Shown piece after piece: positions 41,280 through 52,938 of a stretch of 64,000 bases of DNA. Position 1 is the stretch's first letter, and every line of letters starts with the position of its first letter. Source of the DNA: Octopus sinensis. Taxonomy: Eukaryota. The translations under genes and the position numbers were made by a program. The DNA lies in contig NC_043002.1 in assembly GCF_006345805.1 (NCBI RefSeq), forward strand, positions 13,578,001 through 13,642,000, given 5' to 3'. The notes beneath the pieces were generated by a model. It had not been told where the DNA came from and did not search any database. It saw only the letters and a program-made list of their open reading frames with translations.

Positions 41280-42425
41280 ATATATATGTATGTATATATG
41301 CATGTATGCGCGCGCGTGTGTATGTGTGAGCGCACGGACGCATGTTCATATATACATATATGTATATATGTGTGTATATATATTTCAGATATGAAAAGCA
41401 AGCATACCTTAGTTGGATATGGGCTTCGTTCGACAGGAACATTCACAACACTAGAAGCATTCACACAACCCAAATTTGAATTGGGTCGTGTTATGAAAGC
41501 ACACAATACAGACAAATCAACGAAAGATAACGAAAAGAAGCAGAAAAACATGAAAGTTGGAACAGATCGAGATTAAATCACAAGGTACTTCGACCGGCAC
41601 TCTGGCGATTAAGCCAAGTCACAAATATACTTATTTCTTTATTGCCCACAAAGGGCTAAGCATAGAGGGGACAGACAATGGTATTAAGTCGATTACATCG
41701 ACCCTAGTGCGTAACTGGCACTTAATTTATCGATCCCGAAAGGATGAAAGGCAAAGTCGACCTCGGCGGAATTTGAACTCAGAGCGTAACGGTAGATGAA
41801 ATACGGCTACGCATTTCGCCCGGCGTGCTAACGTTTCTGCCAGCTCGCCGCATTCAAATATACTGTTAATAAAGATACTTATAATGATGCTATATAAGAT
41901 TAACACATCTTATTCTCTTTGTACCGATATTAATTCTTTCTATTCATGTTTAACTAAATTGACATTCAACTCAGACATCACGCAACAGACGCCTGTATTG
42001 CTATGAGATTGTTTTGTCCTGGGTATTATCATTTTTTAAACAATGACTGCACGAATGGACCACCAATCCTAACCCTGGAATTTCTGCCTGTATAGGAAGT
42101 CAGTAATATCTTTAGTGCTTATGTGAAATTTTGCTACCCTGGTAAATATTTATGCTTTTTCTTGTTGTTTGTACACACTGAAAAAATATACATACATCTA
42201 TATCCATAGATGTATGTATGATCTATCGCCATGATAGATCGTTAGCCACTACACACATTTTTTTCTCTCTTTGTTTCTCTCTTTGTATTTTTCTGTGTCC
42301 CTTTCTGTAAAAGAGCGTAGGCTCGAAAAGTAAAAGACCTTTTCTATTCCTCAGCGTTATACTAATACATCTGTTTGTTTTGTACACCACCTGTCTTCGT
42401 CTTTTGTTTTTCTCGTAAACTCTCC

Positions 42426-42493
<68 letters not shown>

Positions 42494-42636
42494 GTTGTAT
42501 ACTGTCAACATAACGTGACAGTCTCGTATGGGAATTACACACCGCTGTTTAGCCCTAGGAAGCATCGACGTTTCCTGTCGGCTTTGACACATTTCCTGTG
42601 TCATATAATATATATATTATATATATATATTTATGC

Positions 42637-42668
<32 letters not shown>

Positions 42669-42954
42669 GTGTGTTTGTGTTTGTGTGTGTTTGTGTGTGC
42701 GTGTAATAGATAGCAATATTAATTATAGGCTTACAACTATTCTAGATGTGCTTCTGAATGTGTTCTTGGTTGAATCGTATCAATCAATCGATTGGTCGAC
42801 GGAAAGTATAAGGAACCGCCACTTTGACCTACCTTCCTAAGTACTGGAAGAGAACAATGCCAAAGAAAGAAAAGAAAAATGAAGGAATGTCTGCGTGCTT
42901 GTGTATGCATGCGTATGTGTGTGAATGTGTGTGGTACGTATATATATATTATAT

Positions 42955-42999
<45 letters not shown>

Positions 43000-43950
43000 T
43001 GTATGCATATATTTGTAGTAATTCGCATTCTAGAAAATCAATCATAAAATACAAAGACAGACATAAACCCACAAATATTAAGACTTCAGAAGTTTGGCAG
43101 CAGCAAGTAGTCACGTGTTCAGCCTTTAATGAATAGATGGGAAATCGTGTTAGTTATACAGAGACGGTAAGGATTGGTGGCCCCATTCATTGTTTAAAAA
43201 ATGATAATACCCAGGACAAAACAATCTCATAGCAATACAAGTGTCTGTTGCGTGATGTCTGTGTTGAATGCCAATTTAGTTAAACATGAATAGAAAGAAT
43301 TAATATCGCTTCAAAAGGAATAAGATGTGTTAATCTTATATAGCATCATTATAAGTATCGTTATTAACAGTATATTTGAATGCGGCGAGCTGGCAGAAAC
43401 GTTAGCACGCCGGGCGAAATGCGTAGCCGTATTTCATCTACCGTTACGCTCTGAGTTCAAATTCCGCCGAGGTCGACTTTGCCTTTCATCCTTTCAGGAT
43501 CGATAAATTAAGTGCCAGTTACGCACTAGGGTCGATGTAATCGACTTAATACCATTGTTTGTCCCCTCTATGTTTAGCCCTTCGTGGGCAATAAAGAAAT
43601 AAGTATATTTGTGGCTTGGCTTAATCGCCAGAGTGCCGGTCGAAGTACCTTGTGATTTAATCACGATCTGTTCCAATTTTCATGAGTTTTTCTGCCTTTT
43701 TTTTCTAATTTTTCGTTGATTTGTCTGTATTGCGTGCTTTCATAACACGACCGAATTCAAATTTGGGTTGTGTAAATGTTCCTAGTGTTGTGAATGTTCC
43801 TGTAGAACTAAGCCCATATTCCACTAAGGTATGCTTGCTTTTCATGTATCAAATATATATACAAACTTATATACATATACGTATATATGAACAGGCATCC
43901 GTGCGCTTAGACGCACACGCGTACGCGAGCATATATGTGTATATATATAT
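41280..43950. repeat. Local inverted duplication, arms about 41280-42080 and 43165-43950
   Basis: Arms of about 800 bp, roughly 90% identical by eye. Each contains the same SINE-B (41630-41852 and 43380-43605) with shared diagnostic bases, plus non-repeat-looking sequence. Confidence 0.92.
42227..42426 (+). mobile_element. Family P1 copy 2
   Basis: Matches 29186-29383, keeps GAGC-GTAG-GCTC-GAAA, ends at (TA)n. Confidence 0.8.
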
Positions 43951-43977
43951 GTATGTGTGTGTGTGTGTGTGTGTATG

Positions 43978-44010
<33 letters not shown>

Positions 44011-44121
44011 CTTATATATATATTATATCTATATTATATATATATATATATATTATATATATATATTATATAGATATACATATATATATTATATATATAT
44101 CTATATATATATAATATATAT

Positions 44122-44167
<46 letters not shown>

Positions 44168-44176
44168 ATATATATA

Positions 44177-44428
44177 AAGTCCAGCAAAATTTAGATTCAG
44201 ATGAATATGGTACTTAAGCTAGAGGTACCAGAATTTTGTATGGTATTATCCGTATAAATCAAATGGGGTGATTATAATAAAAATAAGCAACAAGTATATC
44301 CAAGGTAGAGTAGTACAATTGTTTCATGCTACTTCATTTTATTAAACGCTGTAAGTATTACATCAGCTTTAAAATGTCGAGCAATCTTCAGCCACTTATA
44401 GAATTATCCAGTTAATTGGACAATGCGC
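44177..44428 (-). mobile_element. Family P2 copy b
   Basis: Homologous to 16921-17180; abuts (TA)n. Confidence 0.72.
44309..44396 (-). ncRNA. Type I hammerhead ribozyme fold with intact CUGAAGA/GAAA core
   Basis: Minus strand: AGTGG-CTGAAGA-TTGCT...AGCAT-GAAA-CAATTG-TA-CTACT, with a long hairpin in stem II and a GUA cleavage triplet. Confidence 0.75.
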
Positions 44429-44528
44429 ATTCTTATCCTTATTTCATTTGCCAACATTATAAAGAGGGTAGATATATAGACAGAGAGGTTGATTTCATTC
44501 TTAAGAATGGTAAGGAACATTGGCCTTT

Positions 44529-44564
<36 letters not shown>

Positions 44565-44568
<4 letters not shown>

Positions 44569-44770
44569 GAATAAATATTTTCATTAATCCTTCCACTACA
44601 ATTCTTCTTATTCTTAAACTTTAGGGTGGAGCCTTCTTCAGTTATTTCATGCGTCCCACAACGAAGTTCTCTGCATTCTGTTACTCGCATTACTTTTCTT
44701 TTTATGAATTTTGACTCTATAATATTTGGTGGTTGTCTTCAGGTGTAGGTAATTTTTTTCGGGGAACATG
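44565..44770 (-). mobile_element. Family P5 copy b
   Basis: (TA)n on both sides; homologous to 40935-41265. Confidence 0.7.
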
Positions 44771-44777
44771 TATATAA

Positions 44778-44822
<45 letters not shown>

Positions 44823-44960
44823 TATATATATATACGCACGCACACACACACAAACACGCACACACATATATATGTACACATACATATACTTATATATTGT
44901 AATATAAAGTTTAATAAAGTATTATCATCATCATTGATAATAATAATAATGATGATAATA

Positions 44961-45032
<72 letters not shown>

Positions 45033-45034
<2 letters not shown>

Positions 45035-45461
45035 AGATTTGCTTGTCAGTTGTTTGACTTTAACCAGTTGAGCATGTCCCTTAGTGGCTGACGATATGTG
45101 CATCTCTGATCACGAGCAGAAGTAGTGGGGGAGCATCATAGCCATGTGTTGAGAGGGATTCTTTGGGGTTTGAATAATTCACCTCTGGAAACATGGGTGG
45201 TTCTTTCAACATCCTTAAACAACCCTTATTCAGGGACCTTTTGAGTGGGATGGGCTACTCAACCTGAAGAAAATTCTAACTGGGCCCCACCTGCAAGGTC
45301 ATGTGCTGTTTATCTTGATATGAGATCACCATGTCGCGCACATATGGTTGTGATGCATGTTCCTGGTGTACCCTTATCAGACGGGTAGTCATGATGGGTA
45401 TATTGGGCTTCGTATATTTTACCCCAGTGTCACTTTGATGGCATGAACTGCTCTCTCACTC
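45033..45461 (+). mobile_element. Unclassified element of about 430 bp embedded in (AAT)n, copy 1
   Basis: Begins after (AAT)n with ACAGATTTGCTTGTCAG and ends CTCTCTCACTC + (AAT)n. Confidence 0.8.
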
Positions 45462-45499
<38 letters not shown>

Positions 45500-45526
45500 A
45501 TAATAATAATAATAATAATAATAATA

Positions 45527-45991
45527 GACTACAGCAAATATTCTGCTCAATACCACAGATCTGCTTGCCAGTTGTTTGACTTTAACCAGTTGAGCATGTA
45601 CCTTGGTGGCTGACGATATGTGCATCTCTGATCACGAGCAGAAGTAGTGGGGGAGCATCATAGCCATGTTTTGAAAGGAAATCGTTGGGGTTTGGATAAT
45701 TCACCTCTGGAAACATGGTTGTTCGTTCACAATACTTAAGCAACCCTTACTTCAGGGACCTTTTGAGCGCGATGGGCTACTCGACTTGAAGAAAATTTTA
45801 ACTGGACCCCCGCCTGCAAGGTCATGCTCTGTTAATCTTTATATGAGATCACCCTGTCGCGCACATATAGTTGTGATGCATGTTCCTGGCGTACCGATAT
45901 CAGACAAGTAGTCATGATGGGTAATACCGGGGTTCGTATATTTGTACCCCAAGGTCACTTTGATGGCAACGCTCTACTCTCTCACTCACTC
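45527..45991 (+). mobile_element. Same (AAT)n-embedded element, copy 2 (longer at the 5' end)
   Basis: Collinear with 45033-45461, roughly 85% identical by eye; same 3' end followed by (AAT)n. Confidence 0.8.
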
Positions 45992-45998
45992 AATAATA

Positions 45999-46068
<70 letters not shown>

Positions 46069-46473
46069 CCAGTGGCAAGCAAGTTTAACCTATATAGGTA
46101 AAATATACAATTATATAAAATAGGGTACCGGAATACCACTTGCTAGAAAGAGGAGTGAACACTCCAAAACCACAAATTTCTCACTATTAAAAAACACGCA
46201 TGGTGAATTCAACGAATATTATAAAATAAGGATGGCTTTGTATAAAGCACGAAGCAAGAAACAGATATCACGGTATCAATTGATTTCACCTTTTGTACGT
46301 TAGTACTTAAGGATCGCTAGCCAAGCTTACTCTATTTTTCAAAATATACATCACAGTACAATGTGCGCGTGTGTTCACCTGAATGCCCCTGCGACATTCG
46401 AAAACGAACACAAGGTGAGTCAGTACAACATAAACAATTTAATAAAGTATCATTACCATTATTAAAATAATAA

Positions 46474-46774
46474 GTGGAGGCGCAATGGCCCAGAGGTCAG
46501 GGCAGCGGACTCGCGGTCGTAGGATCGCCTGTTCGATTCCCAGACCGGGCGTTGTGAGAGTTTAATTAGTGAAAACACCTAAAGCTCCACGAGGCTCCGG
46601 CAGGGGTGGTGGCGATCCCTGCTGTACTATTTCGCCGCAACTTTCTCTCACTCTTTCTTCTGTTGGCCTGCTCGCTTAGCCAGCGGGGTGGCGTCATTTC
46701 AAGGCTAAAGTATTGCGAAGCGCATTGTGACCAGCGATGTATAGCAACACCTGATAGCCTGGTCGATCACGTGA
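46474..46774 (+). mobile_element. SINE-C, tail variant 3
   Basis: GTGGAGGCGCAATGGCCCAGAGG head; tail ...GACCAGCGATGTATAGCAACACCTGATAGCCTGGTC. Partial copy at 51166-51377 (-). Confidence 0.88.
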
Positions 46775-47150
46775 ATAATAATAATGTTATATACATGTGT
46801 GAGTATGTGTGTGTATATTGGATATACGTGGCATTTTCGATATTTTGACTCAAACTAAAAGGTACGTAACCTGAGTGCTCGATTTGGTACGTCATTAAAA
46901 TTCCGGTATACACTGCAGTTGAATACGCGATTTCGAGGCAGGAAATGGCTTCCCTTTGAGAATGTTTGAATAAATTAAAATAGAAACGAGAAGCCAAACA
47001 ATTTGGCAAGACTTGACAAGGACATTTAATTTAGCTATATAATCATATGATACAATACACCTTTGTATTGTATTATATTATATCATTGTATTGCTAAATT
47101 AAATGTCGTTGTCAAGTCTTACCAAACTCTTTGCCACCTCGTTTCTGTTT

Positions 47151-47186
<36 letters not shown>

Positions 47187-47188
47187 AT

Positions 47189-47222
<34 letters not shown>

Positions 47223-47639
47223 CTCTTTACTCTTTTACTTGTTTCAGTCAATCGTATTAACTGGAATGGCTCATGTACTGAGAAGAGCATTATCACTGTG
47301 AAAACAACATCCATTCATGAATTTATTTATTTATTAATTTTTTAAATACATATTTTACCTGTGAATTTGTGCGTGTGTAATCTGGGAATGCATACAATGA
47401 GCTTCTCTGCCCGAGGTGTACGGAAAACACCCGGCGAGAAACGGAAGAAAATTTGAAGAAAGAAGTTAAAAAAACAATAATAATTGTTTCTAAATTTGGC
47501 AGAATACCAGCAATTTTGTGGGGAGGAGGAAAGTTGATTACATCGATCGCTTATATGTTATTTTATTGACCCCTTAGTGGTTTGAACTCAGAACGTTAAG
47601 AGCCGAAATAAATTTCTCAGATGCAAGACCTAACATTCA

Positions 47640-47783
47640 AACGAGAATTCATTTAAAAGAGTTTAAGAAAACATTTTGAAGAATATGAAACCATATTCGT
47701 CTTCAGTGTTCTGAAAATACATATAAATTAGCCGATGTAAATGATGGTTGATCGGGGGATTTCTCTTGTCACATTTTTCGTAA

Positions 47784-47819
<36 letters not shown>

Positions 47820-48145
47820 AGGAGCGAGTGAGAGAGAGAGAGAAAGAGAGAGTGTGTCTGCGTGTATGTATGTGTATGTGTGAGTGTGTGAGAGAGAGAA
47901 ACAGAGAGGGAGATGAAAGAAAGAAAGAAGGATAAAGAGACTGTTAATAAGTTTGCCGAGTTTACATACAAAGTTTGGTGACAGGCAATGAGTAATGGAA
48001 CGCTAAAACATAGAGACACACAGACATACAATGAAAAAGACATAGTTACAAAGACAGAGGAGGAGTAGGAAGACGAGGAGAAGGAAGAGTAAAGGAGGCA
48101 AGGACTGGGTAGTTATGGGAGGAGTTTATAAAAAAATATATATTC
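47640..48145. repeat. Arm of a second local inverted duplication (partner 53368-53830)
   Basis: AACGAGAATTCATTTAAAA...GGAGTTTATAAAAAAATATATA is reverse-complementary to 53368-53830 over about 500 bp. Confidence 0.9.
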
Positions 48146-48497
48146 AATTTGTTTTAAGATAATAAATATCTTTCTTTTGAAAATTAGCATTCATTTCACT
48201 TTTACATCAGCACCAAGAAATATGATAAAGTTGAATTATAAGAATCACAGAAGCAGACGAAGAGGAGGAGGTGGAGATGGAATAATTGGGATTAGTTACT
48301 GAAGGTGTTATACAAATGATAAATTAGTTTTATTTAATTTTAAGGTAATAAATATTTTCCTTTTGAAAATTAATCTTTGTTTCACCACTTTGTGTCAGCA
48401 CCAAGTAATTCAATGAATGTTAAGTTATAATTATTGTGTGGATGCTATATTTCCTGATCTTACACACGGTGACAAATGTATGGTTCTAAAACTACCC

Positions 48498-48908
48498 ATA
48501 GGCGCAGGAGTGGCTGTGTGGTAAGTAGCTTGCTTACCAACCACATGGTTCCAGGTTGAGTCCCACTGCGTGGTATCTTGGGCAAGTTTCTTCTACTATA
48601 GCCTCAGGTCGACCAAATCTTTGTGAGTGGATTTGGTAGACGGAAACTGATAAGAAGCCCGTCGTATATATGTATATATATATGTGTGTATATGTTTATG
48701 TGTCTGTGTTAGTCCCCATAACATCGCTTGACAACCGATGCTGGTGTGTTTACGTCACCGTAACTTAGCGGTTCGGCAAAAGAGACCGATAGAATAAGTA
48801 CTAGACTTACAAAGAATAAGTCCTGGAGTCGATTTGCTCGACTAAACGCGGTGCTCCAGCATGGCCACAGTCAAATGAGTGAAACAAGTAAAAGAGTAAA
48901 AGAGTAAA
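48498..48908 (+). mobile_element. SINE-A, full length
   Basis: Head to (AAAGAGT)n tail; a minus-strand SINE-A 3' half follows at about 48950-49200. Confidence 0.92.
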
Positions 48909-49228
48909 GTTACCCAAAATCTGGTGAGTGGGTGGGGGGTTAGCCTTTTTTACATCTTTTACTTGTTTCGGTAATTTTCCTGCGGCCGTGCTGGGGCATC
49001 AGTTTGAGCAAATCGACGTCCAGAACTTAATTTTTTGAAGTGCAGTACTTATTCTATCGTTCTCTTTTGCTGAACCGCTAAGTTACGGGAATGTAAAAAC
49101 ACCAGCACCGGTTGTCAAGCAGGGTTCAGCGGACAAGCATAGACATGAAGACACACACAGATAGATATATACATATACATACGTATATACATACATACTT
49201 ACACACACACACATATATATATATATAT

Positions 49229-50184
49229 TGTTACGAGGGGACCTCCGTCGAACGAAAGCTGTTACGGAATCCCTCACACCGGCCCGTTCGATCAGCGAAT
49301 ATTTTCGCCACGGAAACTCGGAGAGGAGAGAGAGACACAATGAAGGCAATTGGCTTACATTTAACAACTAGTTTATATGACTATTAATTGTTACAACATC
49401 AAATACATATCAGATACATTTAAAAGAGGACATGCAAGTAACAACTCAATACATCATACAGGTATACCACAGATCAAAGCATTTAAACTGTCCGGTAACA
49501 ACACATCAAATTCAATAACAACAGCATTTCAAGAGTACACGTCCGGAGACAACAGTTCTATTTCAAATCACATTAAATTTACAGTTCAAAGGACATTAAA
49601 GGCCTATACAGTTCAATGTTCATTACACAGTTCTCTCTTCAACAACTCTGTACACAATGTCTTTACACAGTTCACATTGCTCTTTTCACTGTCTTATTTC
49701 TTTTCAACAGTCTCTTTACATCGATTCTTTTTCCTTCTTTTTCTTCACATATCAATACACAATTCACGTACCTTAGTTCCTACTAGAATAGCCAGTGTCT
49801 CATATTGCACCTCATCTCTATCAGTACTGCTAACTCCAACTTGCTAAACGCTTGCCTTGAATTCTAAATCCTCGCTCCTAAATCCAACCGCTCGCCTTGA
49901 CGACCAAATACCGACTGCCCAAAACCTCTTGCTCTGTCACTACCCTCAATCTCTCTCTTAGCTCTAATACTCTCTCTATCGCCGCTCAGATTCCTTAATC
50001 TGTCTTTCTCAGCCCTTCCTTTTAAAGGGTGTTTAGAACGAACTTTCCTTGGCCGGCAAAAGGGTAGGGGTCCTTCCAAAAGCCATTACTCTTCCCAAAA
50101 CAAAGGGCTATAACTTTTTATTCCAGACTTTCTGTCTCCAAGCCAGCAAAGTAGGTCACAATCAACTGTCCCTAAGTTGAACTC

Positions 50185-50190
<6 letters not shown>
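49229..50190 (-). mobile_element. Solo LTR (962 bp) with ATAT target-site duplication
   Basis: ATAT|TGTTACG...CACAACA|ATAT: TG...CA ends with a TGTT/AACA terminal inverted repeat and no long ORF. Orientation is inferred. Confidence 0.75.
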
Positions 50191-50280
<90 letters not shown>

Positions 50281-50283
<3 letters not shown>

Positions 50284-50482
50284 GGAGTAAACACATAAAT
50301 GTGAAATAAGGCGGGAAAAGAGTACTCAAATACCAGGGGTAGAGTAATATGCTTTATTTAAAAGCACCAGAAATTCAACAAAAGCTGTTACTCGGAGTTC
50401 GTCGAACTGTCCGTCAAACGGGAACGTGAAACTCCGAGTAACAGGTTTTGTTGAATTTCTGCTGCTTTTAAATAAAGTATAT
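50281..50482. mobile_element. Palindromic pseudo-LTR-like element (family P4) with degenerate hammerhead fold
   Basis: 53-bp arms 50347-50399/50430-50482; CTGT-CCGTCAA-ACG-GGAA-CGT-GAAA-CTCCGAG-TA-ACAG at 50407-50444; (TA)n on both sides. Confidence 0.65.
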
Positions 50483-51112
50483 ATATATATTATATATATA
50501 TCTTCGTGGATGCTTTTATGAGCAAGTGTACATACGCTATGCAGATTGCGCGAGGGCGTTTATAGATCCACATCCGTTAACGCTTATTTTAATACTTTTC
50601 TCACTGTTAGTTATTTTTAATACTTTTCTTGCATCTGTTAATATTATTTTTGAGTTTAATATTATTTTGAGCTTGAAGATACATCCTTTGTTTTGCTTTT
50701 TTGTGATATATCCTTTATTTTGCTTTTCTTTACACGAAATGAGAAGATACATTGCGGAACTGTTATTTTAACGAGTTATATCTATTTATCACCCGAAGAG
50801 ACACATCTACACAGTCGGATGCTCCTGAAGTAGGTGTTAAGTATTCCACCCGTGATGGATCGATGCTATATGTGTCGAAAGAATTGTCGTGTTGAATAAA
50901 AATTTTCGTATGTTCCATTTTCCGTCTTTCATTTACCATATGTATGTATGCATGTATGTATGTGTATATATATATATATATATATTTATATATAGAGGGC
51001 ATTATTATACATAGATTCCACACGCTAAGAGGGACAAAAAGTCATTTCTACCAAAAATTTTACTAATCCCACCGAATGCAATCTTTCAAAGCAAGACATT
51101 TAAAAAAAATGC

Positions 51113-51160
<48 letters not shown>

Positions 51161-51376
51161 TATATATCACGTGACCGACCAGGCTATCAGATGTTGCTAC
51201 ATATCGCTGGTCACAATGCGCTTCGCATTGTTTTAGCCTTCATATGACGCCTCCCCGCTGGCCAAGCGAGCAGGCCAACAAAGAAAGAGTGAGAGAAAGT
51301 TGTGGCGAAAGAGTACAGAAGGGATCGCCACTCCACCCTGCCCGAGCCTCTTGGAGCTATAGGTGTTTTCGCTCAA

Positions 51377-51423
<47 letters not shown>

Positions 51424-51474
51424 TACACACACACACACACAGACACACACATATATATATATATATATAAATAA

Positions 51475-51670
51475 TGAGGGTGATAAACTGAATATTAATT
51501 TAATTAACATCAATTTAAAACCAGTAGCCTAGCACATAGAATAATCTGAAAATTCAGAAAAATTGTAATACATGCGTATAATAAGGGATGACCACTAAGT
51601 GGACATTCAAAATGCTAGAAGAAGATCACCTATGATCTAACCACTAAGAAAACATTGTTCTCTAGAGAAA
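51475..51670 (-). mobile_element. Diverged relative of the P3 terminal repeat
   Basis: Minus-strand TTCTAGC...GAATGTCCACTTAGTGGTCATCCCTT parallels TTCTAGT...GAATGGCCTATTAAGGCCATTCCTC in P3. Confidence 0.4.
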
Positions 51671-51900
51671 TTCAGCAAACACACGCACACACACACATAA
51701 ATATATATATACACACACGATGAGCTTCTTTCAGTTTCCATCAAGTAGGCACTTGAAATTAGGCACAGTATAGGGTCTTCATCAGTCAAGACGATGAGCA
51801 TTCGGTTGTTTGACAAACATTATAACTGATCATTAAATTTACTCATAAGCATTTGCCATTTCCACAGATATGGACATCCTTAATATAATTCTCTGCTCGA

Positions 51901-51938
<38 letters not shown>

Positions 51939-52938
51939 ATCTATCTATCTATCTATTTGTCTGTCCGTCTGTCTGTCTTTCCATCATTCTATATATCAAG
52001 CTACTCATATTCATAAATGTATACATGCACATAAACACACATACACACACATGTTCACACACACAAGTAGTTACTTATGTACATATACACATATACATAC
52101 ATACACACGTATATATACACACCATAATTAATACAAACTAATATATGCACGTACATATGAACACACTTATTCATATACGCACATATAAGTTCATATCGTG
52201 TGATATAATTTTTTATCTCACATCGATGGAGAGAGAGAGAGAGAGAGAGAGGGAGAGAAAGAGAGAGAAGGTGAGAGAGAGATGTGCATGTGTCTAAGTA
52301 TATATTAATTAAAAATGTCTGATTTATTGTAATTAAAAAAAATACATTTATTAGTATCGTTTTTATCATTATTATTTTTATTATTATTTTAAAACTTTTT
52401 TTAATCCTTTCCTTCAAACGCTGATATTTCGAAATCGATAGAAGTGAACATCATTATTATTACCATTATTATTACCATTATTATTAATAATAATACATTA
52501 CTTAATTATTATATAATTAAACGCTGTATAAACAAGATAATTTATAACAAAAAAAAAACTAACCAAAAAACAGACAAAATTGCCTGGGGAAAAGAAAAAA
52601 TCGTCAACGGAGGTCAGACGAGGCGTGGGCTTTTACTACTCACCTCTTGACCTATCGTTATTCATTAACACCGAAATGAGATCAGCTGCAACACTCTGAA
52701 TAATTCATTGTTTTTTGTTAATCCGAACAAAACAACAAGAATAACAACAACAACATTGTGCATTGCTGTGTAGTCTTATTGAGTGAAGAATATAAATTTT
52801 TATATAAAATTGCAAAAATATGATGAAGAACAATGTCAAAAACTATATATTAATCTGTAAACGTCTGCTTTACACTGTTGTATATAATTTCTGTCTATCT
52901 TTCGGTCTGTTTCTTCTCACTCTCACTCATTCATGAAG

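Noticed and set aside
41389-41576. Exon-like frame after TTTCAG (MKSKHTLVGYGLRSTGTF...)
   Set aside because: The inverted paralogue lacks the AG, has mostly non-synonymous changes and has a shifted stop, so there is no sign of coding constraint.
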